Positions 1-10,604 of a stretch of 64,000 nt of DNA are shown here, piece by piece. Position 1 is the first letter of the stretch. Every line of letters starts with the position of its first letter. Both the position numbers and the translations under genes were made by a program. The stretch lies in IMG/VR virus record IMGVR_UViG_3300028394_003336. One strand, 5' to 3'. The DNA comes from a virus. Under the pieces are notes generated by a model. The model was not told where the DNA came from. It saw only the letters and a list, made by a program, of their open reading frames with translations, and did not search any database.

Positions 1-1
1 G

Positions 2-3000
2 GCTAGATTTTCTATAATCAACATCTAAAAACGTACCCCACATATTATTCGCAAACTCTAATGAACCTTCCGCTTGTGGTACCTCAGTGCCATCAATATC
101 TTGTACATTATAAAAATTAACATACGCAGGTAGATTCATAACCACGAAATTATTCTTGATTAAGATACTTGCAACAAGACTGTAAACACTCATCGCATTA
201 TTTAAAGAATCTTTATCAAGCATTCCTTGAATATCAAAAATATCTATTAGAATTGTATCTCCGATGTTTCTTGACGCTCTATCCAAAAACAACATATCTT
301 CAAATAAAGTTTTTGTTCTAAAGTCATCACCCGCAATCCACTTATCATTTATAGCCTTGAATGTTTCCCAAAGTTCAACTTTAGGTTGTTCTCCACTAAC
401 CGCACTTGGTATTGCCTTTTGTGGTAATTGTTGTTGTATTGGTAATTTATTTCTTACACCTGACAAAACTAAACCTAATAAGTTATTTTGAAAATTCTCT
501 TCTTTTTGAAGATAAAGTGACAATTGATTTTTAAATTGAGCTGGTGTTAATTGAGGGCTTTCTAATTTTCTTGCTGCGAACATTTTAATTAGTGGGGCTA
601 AAATAACAACATTTGCCTCAGTAAATCTAATATTATTTTGAACGAAGAAGTCGGTGATATATGAACCAGTTGAACTATATTCAACATTATTAATTGTTGA
701 GAAACCAACTTCAGTTTCAAGAGCGAACCAAGCCTTTGGATTGGCAAGTTTTGATTGGCTTAATAAAACGGTTCCACCTGCTGTTGGTAAAGAACCTTGA
801 ATGTATGGTTCAAATGATATTGGGTCTGTAACAACTGGTGATGATAGATAAGACAAATAAGAATCAAAAACTCTTCTTCTATATTTTGACGGATTACCAT
901 TTCTAAATAAAATATCATATTGTAAAAATGCCTTCAATTCATTTTGAAAAGTTCCGTTTTGATTTGTTATTGATGATGTAAAGTATTCTAAATTATTTTG
1001 TCCTGTTGTTGGTTTAGGTACCACCATAATACTTCTCATCAATGATTGGAAATTTCTAAAATTAGCATTGATATTTGTCGTAGTAGTATTGTATTGAGCC
1101 TCAGATTGAATAATATCAGCATCCGTAATTGGTTTACAGAAATTTAAAAACTCTTGTTCAAATTTATCTAAACTACTCTTTTCAAATACAGAAAAAATTT
1201 CTTCTATAGATGAATAATCAATTGTTGATAAAAGTTTAAATGGTGCTTGCTTTTCTTCTTTAGGGTTAATATAGTTAATGTATTGATATGGTGTTGGCAT
1301 TACAACTTGATTATTATCAAAATAACCAAAGTTTGGTGTTGACCATAGTGTTCTTACTGAACCATTATACATTGATGAGTTGTTAGTTAAGTCTACAATA
1401 GTTTGATTGGTTGTTGGTTTTTTCCCAATACACTCATTATACGTCTGATTAATTTGAGAACCAAATGATGGAACAACATAATATAATACACCATTTGTGT
1501 TATCATTAGGATTACAAGTAACATCATAATCAACAAAGTCTGGAAGTAATACCGACCATGTATCAAGGTTAAGAGTTTTGGTTCCTTGTTGAGCCGCACT
1601 AATTGCCGAATCAGGGAACTTACAAACTTTCATCCCTAAATTAATACTACTTTGTATTTCAATACTAGAATATGTTGAATAAAGTTCAAATCCGTTATAA
1701 AACCTATTAAAGTCGTTTATCAATTTTGGGTAAAATCCAGTTTGTATTTGAATATCAGATGTGGTTTCATTTTGTAACACAATACTATTTGGGTTTCCAT
1801 TATATACAAAATCATATGTTTGTATTTCTGACTTTAATATTGGACTATAATTTGTTTTATAGTCAAAATTTTTCCAAACATCGGTTAGAATGTCTTTACC
1901 CGTTTGTTTGTATAATTTATATCTGTACCAAATTGAACCCATTTTTAACATCCAAGCGTATGGTAATTTATGTATGGCACCAAACTTATTGAAACAAGAT
2001 GCTATATAATCTAAATCAGTTGTTGTTGTACCATCAAGTGTCTTATATCTTTCTCTTAATGTTGCCAACGGTAAAGAATTTAAGAATAGATAAGCAGCCT
2101 CAATGAAAGGATATTTAGTACTCCTTCTCAACCCATCAACCCCTTTTTGAATCGCATTAACAAAATAAGGTGTATTCAACATTGATGTTGTTGTTCTGAG
2201 TTCTAATATTTGCGCTGGCGATAATCCATATTTTTCTCCTTCAGTTGCAACTAAAACCTCTGTTTTTTGTGTTGCATAAAAATCTTTTAAACTATAAGTT
2301 CCGTTATATGACGAAAGAGCTAATTGAGTTGGGTTAGTCGGATTTAAAAATGAAAAATTTGTAACTGGTCTGTTTATTTTAAAATCATAAACATCATTAA
2401 AATTTGCAATAATCTTTCTTGGTTCAAACACAGTTAAGGTTTTCTTGGTATTATAGACCTCATTATTTTGTGTTGTACCACCATCACTCATGTTATTCAA
2501 ACACCATGTTGGGTTTGAAAATGGTAATACATCAACAATTAATTTATCATTGGTAGCAACACTTAATAATTGTCTAAGGGCTGGTGATGATGTATTTGTT
2601 TGAGGTACTTGACCCAAATCTAAAATACTTAATATGCTTGTTGGGTTATCCACCAAAGCTTTCAAATATGGTGTAACATAAAAATCTCTAATGAAATCTT
2701 GATACGACTTACCTGTTCCGCCATTTGAAAAGTTTTCTAAATTTTGAACATAGTTTGCTGCAGTTAAATTATAGTTTTTTAACTTGAAACTCAAATAAGG
2801 TGCTGACACATTAATACTTTCAACAATATTATTCACCTCGGTTTCCGTATTAAGAGTTATCAAATCATTAATCTGATTTTCATTAGCCCTAATTAGACCA
2901 GAGTAATGTGAAGTAATAAATTGTCTTTCCCATATTTCATAGAAGAATTTTAATTCCTCTTTGTTCAAATAGGCTAATCCGAATGAAGGAAACTCAATCG

Positions 3001-5155
3001 CATTTATATTTAAAATATTTGTGTATTTCTCATTTTCTAATGTGTCAGGTGATTGAGGAACATTAAACTTTTTAGTAATACCTTTAACATATTCTTCAAC
3101 AAATTCAACCTCAGGCCATTTATCAAACAAATACCCTTGAGTTTGTTGAGATACTGATGGGTCTCCAATATACTTTAATTGGAATCTACCCTTTTTATCT
3201 TCGGGTGTTTCAACAAAAAATAACGGCCATGGATATACAGGTATTTTTGAAGGGTCTAATGTTTCTTCAATATTTAATTGCATATCCAAAAATGGATTAG
3301 TATCAACTTGGTCAATAGTTTCAGTACTTGGCGCTGAGGATACATTATTTAAAATTGCAGATTTTCTAATAGGGTCATCTTTAACACTCCAAGCATTTGT
3401 GTGAACATCATCTAATAATCTAACAAAAGCCTCTGCCGATGCCATAATTACTGCCATCATATTTCTAACCGTTGGTCTGAATCCAAGTCCCTTAGTCTTA
3501 TCTTCCAATTTTTTTAGAAGTTGAGCACTAATTTTTGATTCGTATTCTTGTAATTTTTTTGTTGCTTGAGAATCTATAGATGCTATTGTTTTATCAAATC
3601 TACCATCACCTTCAAATATAAAAAACTTTGGTCTTTCATCTATAAGGTTACCCTTTGAGTCTTTAGTAATAACAGGAATTGTTAATTTACTATATTGGTT
3701 AGTGACTTCATCAATTTGTATTTGTGAAGGTGGAGATATTCCATATTGAGCAGCAGCAGTTGCAATCCAATCTATTCCATTCAAGGTTATTTTATCATAA
3801 ACAATTGTTTCATATTTAATTGGATTTGGTATTTTTGCTGGACCACCAACACCCAATGTAGGATTCGCAGCTAAATACTTATTGAATACGTCAATATCAT
3901 TTTTTAATTGCCCAACACCCTTATCTATTTCTGTCAAATCCAACTTATTGAAAACATAAACTCTTTCTTTATTAACTAAAATAATAGGTCTTGGGTTCAT
4001 ATATTTGGTAAACCAAGAGTTACCATCTCCTCTAATAATATTAAAATATTCCTGTAGGTATTCTTTATACGTTCTAATATTAGTTAACGGTTCTACTTCA
4101 GCCTTATTAAATGATTCTGAGATTATTTTTTCAAGGTTCTCAAGTTTGTTAACTAATTGCATTAATGTCAATTCAGGAAAATCAGGAGCAATTAAACCTT
4201 TTGATTTATACTCGCCGTAAACTTCAATAATTTTTTGATATCCTTTGTTTGATGTAACTTGAACCGTTAACGATTCTGTTCCTGATGCATTATTTTTTAC
4301 TTGTCCTACTTGTGTTTTTCCTTGAGCTTCCACAGACTTGTTTGTTTGTTGAGGACCAACTGGTGTTTCCGCAACATTATAGTTTTGACTATACATGTGT
4401 GGTAAAGCCAATAAGTGTCCCATAGCAATTTCATTCAAGATATTAAACTTGTATCCCTTAAATTCTAAACTAACTTGATAATTTCCACTAAACGAATTGA
4501 ATCTAGCATTAAATTTTTCAAGGTTTAACACATATCTTATTGCTTGACCATAATAACCTTTTAGTGTTAAATTAAATTGAGGGTACGGTAAATTAAAAAA
4601 CGCAGCATATGGTGAGTTGTTTCCTAATTCAAATAAAGCTTTTCCTTGGACATCTTCTAATTCAATTCTAACCGTTGGGATAAACGAACTAGTTGTTTGT
4701 ATTGTAATTTGTGTAATACCCAACAATCCATTATCCACAATATTAGTTAAATCTGCTGGTCTATCTACAACGTAAGGTCCTGAACCGTCTGGAGGAACTA
4801 CCGTTTGAGAAAACATTTGATTTTCTCCTTTAAATTTGGTCGAGTTTTTACCTGTTAGTTGGTCATAATAACCACTACCTAAGTAAGAATTTTTTGTTGG
4901 CTTTAAAAAATTAATTTTTGCAACAGATATAGTTCTGATTCTATCGTTTGGTGCACCTCCTACAGCTAATTTAGTTCTTGGCAACATGTCAGCTTCCAAG
5001 TTGGCATACATGACTAAGCTTTCATGGTCAACTAATCTTTCTTGAATTTTTCCATTAACATCAATTGTTTTGTTTGGGTCAACCACAATGATATTGTTGT
5101 AATCAAATTCAACAAAAATGTCTCCGTTATTGTCTGCTCTAATGTTACCTGCCAT
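2..5155 (-). CDS. Very large (>1700 aa) putative baseplate/tail structural protein, truncated at left window edge
   Basis: Absent from the ORF track because there is no stop in the window. ATG at 5155 (MAGNIRADNNGDIFVEFDYNNIIVVDP...); the same frame reads ...EFANNMWGTFLDVDYRKSS at the edge. Ends checked, not every codon. Overlaps the stop of the upstream baseplate gene. Confidence 0.7.
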   Translation of the reverse strand, partial: MAGNIRADNNGDIFVEFDYNNIIVVDPNKTIDVNGKIQERLVDHESLVMYANLEADMLPRTKLAVGGAPNDRIRTISVAKINFLKPTKNSYLGSGYYDQLTGKNSTKFKGENQMFSQTVVPPDGSGPYVVDRPADLTNIVDNGLLGITQITIQTTSSFIPTVRIELEDVQGKALFELGNNSPYAAFFNLPYPQFNLTLKGYYGQAIRYVLNLEKFNARFNSFSGNYQVSLEFKGYKFNILNEIAMGHLLALPHMYSQNYNVAETPVGPQQTNKSVEAQGKTQVGQVKNNASGTESLTVQVTSNKGYQKIIEVYGEYKSKGLIAPDFPELTLMQLVNKLENLEKIISESFNKAEVEPLTNIRTYKEYLQEYFNIIRGDGNSWFTKYMNPRPIILVNKERVYVFNKLDLTEIDKGVGQLKNDIDVFNKYLAANPTLGVGGPAKIPNPIKYETIVYDKITLNGIDWIATAAAQYGISPPSQIQIDEVTNQYSKLTIPVITKDSKGNLIDERPKFFIFEGDGRFDKTIASIDSQATKKLQEYESKISAQLLKKLEDKTKGLGFRPTVRNMMAVIMASAEAFVRLLDDVHTNAWSVKDDPIRKSAILNNVSSAPSTETIDQVDTNPFLDMQLNIEETLDPSKIPVYPWPLFFVETPEDKKGRFQLKYIGDPSVSQQTQGYLFDKWPEVEFVEEYVKGITKKFNVPQSPDTLENEKYTNILNINAIEFPSFGLAYLNKEELKFFYEIWERQFITSHYSGLIRANENQINDLITLNTETEVNNIVESINVSAPYLSFKLKNYNLTAANYVQNLENFSNGGTGKSYQDFIRDFYVTPYLKALVDNPTSILSILDLGQVPQTNTSSPALRQLLSVATNDKLIVDVLPFSNPTWCLNNMSDGGTTQNNEVYNTKKTLTVFEPRKIIANFNDVYDFKINRPVTNFSFLNPTNPTQLALSSYNGTYSLKDFYATQKTEVLVATEGEKYGLSPAQILELRTTTSMLNTPYFVNAIQKGVDGLRRSTKYPFIEAAYLFLNSLPLATLRERYKTLDGTTTTDLDYIASCFNKFGAIHKLPYAWMLKMGSIWYRYKLYKQTGKDILTDVWKNFDYKTNYSPILKSEIQTYDFVYNGNPNSIVLQNETTSDIQIQTGFYPKLINDFNRFYNGFELYSTYSSIEIQSSINLGMKVCKFPDSAISAAQQGTKTLNLDTWSVLLPDFVDYDVTCNPNDNTNGVLYYVVPSFGSQINQTYNECIGKKPTTNQTIVDLTNNSSMYNGSVRTLWSTPNFGYFDNNQVVMPTPYQYINYINPKEEKQAPFKLLSTIDYSSIEEIFSVFEKSSLDKFEQEFLNFCKPITDADIIQSEAQYNTTTTNINANFRNFQSLMRSIMVVPKPTTGQNNLEYFTSSITNQNGTFQNELKAFLQYDILFRNGNPSKYRRRVFDSYLSYLSSPVVTDPISFEPYIQGSLPTAGGTVLLSQSKLANPKAWFALETEVGFSTINNVEYSSTGSYITDFFVQNNIRFTEANVVILAPLIKMFAARKLESPQLTPAQFKNQLSLYLQKEENFQNNLLGLVLSGVRNKLPIQQQLPQKAIPSAVSGEQPKVELWETFKAINDKWIAGDDFRTKTLFEDMLFLDRASRNIGDTILIDIFDIQGMLDKDSLNNAMSVYSLVASILIKNNFVVMNLPAYVNFYNVQDIDGTEVPQAEGSLEFANNMWGTFLDVDYRKSS

Positions 5156-5468
5156 AATAATAAAAATGATTTTCTATTGCCGCCTTATAATCCTGTAGAG
5201 ATGGTAGTAGCGGAAATGGAATAATCAATATTGCACCATCAATGATATTATTCTCAAGACCACCATATCTAGGATTTGCCTGTAATATTAACCAACCAAA
5301 ATACGGTGTACCATAATACTCTTGGGAAACTCTATCTAATCTACTCTTAGCAACTTTGTAGATATATGCTTTGTCCGTACCCTTTTGAGGTAACAGCACA
5401 TAAGGAACAACGGTTTGTTGTCCGTTGATTAAGAATTGACTATATCTGTTCCAATATTGAAATGCCAT
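5145..5468 (-). CDS. Baseplate wedge protein, gp53/LysM-like
   Basis: RLDRVSQEYYGTPYFGWLILQANP...GAILIIP is the typical gp53/tail-X LysM pattern; lies downstream of the tape measure. Confidence 0.75.
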   Translation of the reverse strand: MAFQYWNRYSQFLINGQQTVVPYVLLPQKGTDKAYIYKVAKSRLDRVSQEYYGTPYFGWLILQANPRYGGLENNIIDGAILIIPFPLLPSLQDYKAAIENHFYYYGR

Positions 5469-8400
5469 TAGTTAAGTTTTGCTTTTGAGACATATGTTCC
5501 GTAAACACTTCCTACTAAATTATTCCAAAGTGTTGGTGTATTTGCGTTTATGTTTGTTGACGCTCCCAAACCTTTAATTAAAGTTTCTTGAGCTGTTTTT
5601 GTATTTGCAGTTTCATTATTAGTATCTGTCGTATAATTTAACACTCTTTCTTTTTTATCGTATGGTGTATATACCAAAAATTTCTTCAATTTATTTTTCT
5701 CAATATCATTAATAAATTCTTTAGCAATATTATTTTCTGTAACAAATTGAGGTTTAGCTTGTGTAAGCCAATAAGCATCAAATTGTTTCTCAATATCATC
5801 CATTGAATTTTTTCCAATTATTGCTTGATTACCAATAATATTACCTATTAAAGCTTTTTTGAATGCTTCGTATTTTTTAGCATCAATAACATCATTAGAT
5901 AAAATCATATAAGCTCTTTTAAATGGTGCTTTATTAAAATCTTCTGTGTTACTGAAAGGAGTAAATACATTTTTTTCCACTGTATCTTTATAAGACGAAA
6001 CAGAACCACTTGCTTCAACAGGAAGTACCAATTGAGAGGTATATTCTTTATTATCTCCAACATAAATAAATTTTGAATCTTGGGTTGTTATTACATTAAA
6101 TTGAACAAGACCATCTCTTATTTTGTTAATGTCGCTTATCATTGTATTCAATGTACCAGGCGCTTTGTCTGTGTCTGATATAACATAAATTCTTACAGGT
6201 CCAGATTTTGCCTGTAATCCATCTGTACCTGTTGTTTTATCTCCTTTTCCATCAAACCCTATAATATTCATTCTTGCCATTGTTTGAATATATGATTGTT
6301 CAACAGTTGTTAAATCTTGTACTATCTTAAAAATTGGTGATAAATAAGATGACTTCTTATCTTTCAAGAAATTTTTATAATTATCCTTTACAGTTTGAAT
6401 TAATCTTGGGGAAAATTGTTTTTCGGTCTTGGAAATGAATTGTATAAAGCTATCTTCTCCCTGTGAAATGTCAAATGATAAATTATCAAATATTGTATCA
6501 ACTCTTTGTTGTATATTACTTGGTTTACCAAAAATTTCTATTTGTTTTTCTGTATCAACTTGTGTTAATCCAACCAAATTTCCTCTGAAATAATCTCTAG
6601 ATAACATCCACTCTTGTCTCATCGCATTATTATACTGAGATAAAACCTCTTTGTTTTTATTTACAACGTTTGTAAAATAGTTTTGTGTTTGTGTAATAAC
6701 ACCATTCATGAAGTCGGAATACGATATTGTACCTGTCTCAATTGTTGTTGTTACGTTACTTGTTAAGATTGAACCTATAGTACTATTATTATTTTGACCA
6801 CTATTTGGTACCGCTTGATTAATTGCTGGTGGAGCTGGTGGTACAGATTGTCCCAAAAATTCTTTGTCTAATACATCAAGGAACGCCTCTTTGTCTGTCA
6901 CATCAGCTCTATCATCATAAATTTCTGTATTGGCGTAATAGTTAAATGTTAACGCATTTTGTAACTTATCAATTGATTCCTTTAATCCGCTTCCACCAAC
7001 AAAATTAAAACTCAAGGTTACATTTGCAATCATTGGTTGAACACCAATACCTTCAGGATTTAAATCCAAATCTTCATATGTAAAAGCCAAAGATGTTGGT
7101 ATAATTTTGGTATTATAAAAATCACCAACTCTTAAAATTAATACTGGTGGTGCGCCAAATGCGGTGTTTGTTGCATTATTATATTGCAATACAGGAGCTC
7201 CTCCAATATCTTTAATTGTTGGAATTGTGTCTCCTGGTCTCATGCATTGTTGTAAGAATGTCAATCTTGTGTTTAGACCTTCAGGTGTCATTGAGTGGAA
7301 AGCTGGTTGGAAGAACTTAAGTTTCTCCTTAAGGTTATCAAACACCATTGGTGTTTGTTCCTTAATTGTTTCAAAATAATCACACTCAGATAAAAATTGT
7401 CTTAATACAAATTTAGTGATATTGTCTCTTGGTTTCCAAGTTCTTTCAAGTTCTTGAGTTTTGAATGTTTTTGTAACAATTTGGTCAGTAGTTACTGTTG
7501 TGTAATTAGGTGTTGGTTCTGTTTGTGGTTGACTAAGTGTTGAGTTTATTGAACTAATAACCGCTCTTCTACAAGCCATCGCACCTACCGTATATATTTC
7601 TTTAGCACCAACTTGTGTATCACCACCAACAACATCTTTACTAGGTGGTTCAACGGGGTTGTCTGTACATCTATAATTACCTTTCACATCGTTTGATGTA
7701 AGAATTCCACTTAATATTTTTGGAGATTTTGGTACAACCGCATCCTCACCTAAGATATCCTTCGCATTTGGTTCTTGAAATTTTAATCTACCACTCTTTA
7801 TAAAATCCTTTAGTGAATTAGCTGATTCAAAATATTCTCTTGCCGATGCAATTCTTCTTGTCGCAAGTTCTTTATTATACGAATTTGTTTGTGGTGCAGA
7901 ACAACTAGCGTTGAGAGTTACCGTTAAATTTCCTTGAGTATTTTGTGTTAACTGTTTAGCAATATCTTCAATGAAGATTTGCATCGCACTATAATTTGTT
8001 TCAACAACTGTATTAAAAAATTCTGTTAAATTATTAGTAGATGTTGATTTTTGAACATATGTATTTTTTTGACCTTCGTATATTGAATATTGATTACTAT
8101 ATGGTGTAACACTTCCTTTTTTCGGATAATCATTCGCAAAATAAACTCCAAGCTGTGTGTATTTTTCCCAATATTTATTATCTGCGGTTGTTGCCTGACT
8201 TATTGAGTCTGCCCCCGAATTTGGCGCATTGAATCCTGTTTGAATCGTTTGTTTTGATGTGATTAGTTGTTCTCTTGTTAAATCTTTTGAAGTGATAGCC
8301 GTTTGAAGTAGATACAAATCATTTGGATTGATTGTATAATATTTCTTAGCCAACTCATAGATATCATATTTTCTACATCCTGCAAAGAACGAATCCAAAA

Positions 8401-10567
8401 TAGAATTAACTCTTGTCTTATTTGTTTCGTTACCCAAAACTTTATCCACAATTGTGTTCAAAATTGATGGATGGTCAACAACTATTTTCCATTGTAATGT
8501 TCCACCTCTTGATGTGTTTTTGTATGTATACACTGGTTCAGGTCTTCCTAAGAATTCACTTTGGTTCCAGTTCGCTGAAACGTTTTCACTAAATGTTAAA
8601 CCGTATGGAGGAAACCACATAACTCTACCACCATTAGGACCTCTCTCACAAAGAGCCAAATCATTTGTTGAAAATCCCCTTGCACTATTTGAAGTTCTCC
8701 AAGCTAAATTTTCAATTGAGAACATGTACTTTTTAGCATAACCAACATTTGTACTTAACCCACCAGGTCCGTTAATCAGGTTAGTTGAACTTTGTCCACC
8801 CTCTTGTTTGTTAGGATAAATGTTTAAGTTATATGTGTTGTCCAAAACCGAATTAGAAAATCTTCTTCCATTTACCGTAATACCGTCAACTTTTTGTAAG
8901 TCGTTGTATTGTAAATAAGGGATGTCTTTAGCAAAAACTCTACAATATTCCGTACCAACCTCTTGTCCAATCTCTCCTGTATATTTAATAACTCTTGAAC
9001 CTTTAGTCATTTCTTTATACCCATCGTTGAATACTTTACTAACTTGGTCAATTGCATTTCCCGCGTGTTGTAATCTTTTTCCACCTTGTGGTTGGCTGTC
9101 AATTATTCTTTGAGTATTATCTAATATTGAACCTCCTTTGAATTGGATGTTCGTTGACTCTGTTGAATTATACGATGATGGTTTGAAGTCTGCGTTTTGA
9201 TTATAAATTGCACCACCAATACCAACACCGAAACCTGCATTGTTTTTATATTTAGGTGATACCCACGTAAATCCACCTTCAATACCACCACCATTACTAT
9301 AGGTTGGTCCGTTAGCACCAAGTCTAATTTCTCTACTTGGTCCTTCATAAAGTTGTGCCAACTCTGATGGACCATATACTGGTGATTGTTGTTCAATACC
9401 ATATGAGTTTGCAGGTATATCACCTGCTGGCGAGAACACTCTTGATGGGTCTGAAGATAATGAACCAACATAATAGTTAGAATTATTCGTTGTTGAACCA
9501 ACAATCGCCCCACCTAATCTATCAAATAAAGTTCTATCAAAACTTGGCTTATATTTGTTATAATCAAGGTTATTAAACAATCTTGATTTTTGTCCGCCAC
9601 CCATGTTGTTATACATGATTTGTGAACCTGTTTGTCCACCACCTAATAACCTATTAAAGAATCTACCAACAGTGCTTGCTCTGAAAGCGTTGTTCATCTG
9701 TTGGATTGTTGTAGATTGTCTTAAAGACGTGTTAGGGTCAAAATAAGAACCTGGAATTGTTGATACAGGTAAAATACTACCAGCTAGTCTAAGAGCGAAA
9801 TCTGTAGCGGCTAATATGGGGTTAGAAGGTATTGTGATTGTGTAGTTGGGTTCAATCAATGGAACTCTACCTGTAACTAAATTAAGAATGTCGGTTCCAC
9901 TTCTTACATTAAACACATTGGCTCTACCAATCGTATTTCTTTTGATTTCAGCGGCAATTCTGTTTTCAAATTCTTTCTTTAGAACTTGAGCACCTAAACG
10001 GGCAATATATGAATCAGAACTTAATAAACCATTACTACCTTGTGGGTCTGGTGATAATAAAATTCCGATTGAAGGATAACTTGATGGGTTAAACGTTGTT
10101 GGGTATGGTTGGTTATTATATAACTGTAATGATGCAGTGATACCACCTTGGTTTTGATTTGAAATGAATTCACCCGCGTCTAAAACACCTTGTCCTCCGT
10201 TGGAGTATGCATTAACCTTTTTCCAATTCTTGGCTTCAACAATACCTTGGTCAAGTATATGAGCATCTTGTTGACCAGGACCATACTCACCTTGGTTTGA
10301 AATACTATTTAAAAGACCATTAGGGTCAGGAACTTGTCTATATCCACCTTCAGCTCCCCACTCGTTTAAAGGATATAATTTGTTAGCAAATGAAGGTTCG
10401 TCAATTAATACATCAGGACTATCAACAACTGAACCATCGGATTGAATATACTCGTAGTTAGTTGGGGGTGTAGGTCTGTTAGGTGCTTTCGCATAAGGTA
10501 CCAGGTTCTTAACAATTAGTTTTTTCCTAAAAGCTTCTGAGTTAACTAAATCTAAGGGACTTGGCAT
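5468..10567 (-). CDS. 1699-aa baseplate/tail-tube initiator-like protein with internal OmpA-like domain
   Basis: WFPPYGLTFSENVSANWNQSEFLGRPEPVYTY and FGAPPVLILRVGDFY...QPMIANVTLSFNF resemble a tube-initiator fold; YNKELATRR...CRRAVI resembles OmpA_C; follows the tape measure. Confidence 0.6.
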   Translation of the reverse strand: MPSPLDLVNSEAFRKKLIVKNLVPYAKAPNRPTPPTNYEYIQSDGSVVDSPDVLIDEPSFANKLYPLNEWGAEGGYRQVPDPNGLLNSISNQGEYGPGQQDAHILDQGIVEAKNWKKVNAYSNGGQGVLDAGEFISNQNQGGITASLQLYNNQPYPTTFNPSSYPSIGILLSPDPQGSNGLLSSDSYIARLGAQVLKKEFENRIAAEIKRNTIGRANVFNVRSGTDILNLVTGRVPLIEPNYTITIPSNPILAATDFALRLAGSILPVSTIPGSYFDPNTSLRQSTTIQQMNNAFRASTVGRFFNRLLGGGQTGSQIMYNNMGGGQKSRLFNNLDYNKYKPSFDRTLFDRLGGAIVGSTTNNSNYYVGSLSSDPSRVFSPAGDIPANSYGIEQQSPVYGPSELAQLYEGPSREIRLGANGPTYSNGGGIEGGFTWVSPKYKNNAGFGVGIGGAIYNQNADFKPSSYNSTESTNIQFKGGSILDNTQRIIDSQPQGGKRLQHAGNAIDQVSKVFNDGYKEMTKGSRVIKYTGEIGQEVGTEYCRVFAKDIPYLQYNDLQKVDGITVNGRRFSNSVLDNTYNLNIYPNKQEGGQSSTNLINGPGGLSTNVGYAKKYMFSIENLAWRTSNSARGFSTNDLALCERGPNGGRVMWFPPYGLTFSENVSANWNQSEFLGRPEPVYTYKNTSRGGTLQWKIVVDHPSILNTIVDKVLGNETNKTRVNSILDSFFAGCRKYDIYELAKKYYTINPNDLYLLQTAITSKDLTREQLITSKQTIQTGFNAPNSGADSISQATTADNKYWEKYTQLGVYFANDYPKKGSVTPYSNQYSIYEGQKNTYVQKSTSTNNLTEFFNTVVETNYSAMQIFIEDIAKQLTQNTQGNLTVTLNASCSAPQTNSYNKELATRRIASAREYFESANSLKDFIKSGRLKFQEPNAKDILGEDAVVPKSPKILSGILTSNDVKGNYRCTDNPVEPPSKDVVGGDTQVGAKEIYTVGAMACRRAVISSINSTLSQPQTEPTPNYTTVTTDQIVTKTFKTQELERTWKPRDNITKFVLRQFLSECDYFETIKEQTPMVFDNLKEKLKFFQPAFHSMTPEGLNTRLTFLQQCMRPGDTIPTIKDIGGAPVLQYNNATNTAFGAPPVLILRVGDFYNTKIIPTSLAFTYEDLDLNPEGIGVQPMIANVTLSFNFVGGSGLKESIDKLQNALTFNYYANTEIYDDRADVTDKEAFLDVLDKEFLGQSVPPAPPAINQAVPNSGQNNNSTIGSILTSNVTTTIETGTISYSDFMNGVITQTQNYFTNVVNKNKEVLSQYNNAMRQEWMLSRDYFRGNLVGLTQVDTEKQIEIFGKPSNIQQRVDTIFDNLSFDISQGEDSFIQFISKTEKQFSPRLIQTVKDNYKNFLKDKKSSYLSPIFKIVQDLTTVEQSYIQTMARMNIIGFDGKGDKTTGTDGLQAKSGPVRIYVISDTDKAPGTLNTMISDINKIRDGLVQFNVITTQDSKFIYVGDNKEYTSQLVLPVEASGSVSSYKDTVEKNVFTPFSNTEDFNKAPFKRAYMILSNDVIDAKKYEAFKKALIGNIIGNQAIIGKNSMDDIEKQFDAYWLTQAKPQFVTENNIAKEFINDIEKNKLKKFLVYTPYDKKERVLNYTTDTNNETANTKTAQETLIKGLGASTNINANTPTLWNNLVGSVYGTYVSKAKLN

Positions 10568-10604
10568 TAATTTCTTTTTATATAAATAGGTTAGTCATTA
10601 ATTT

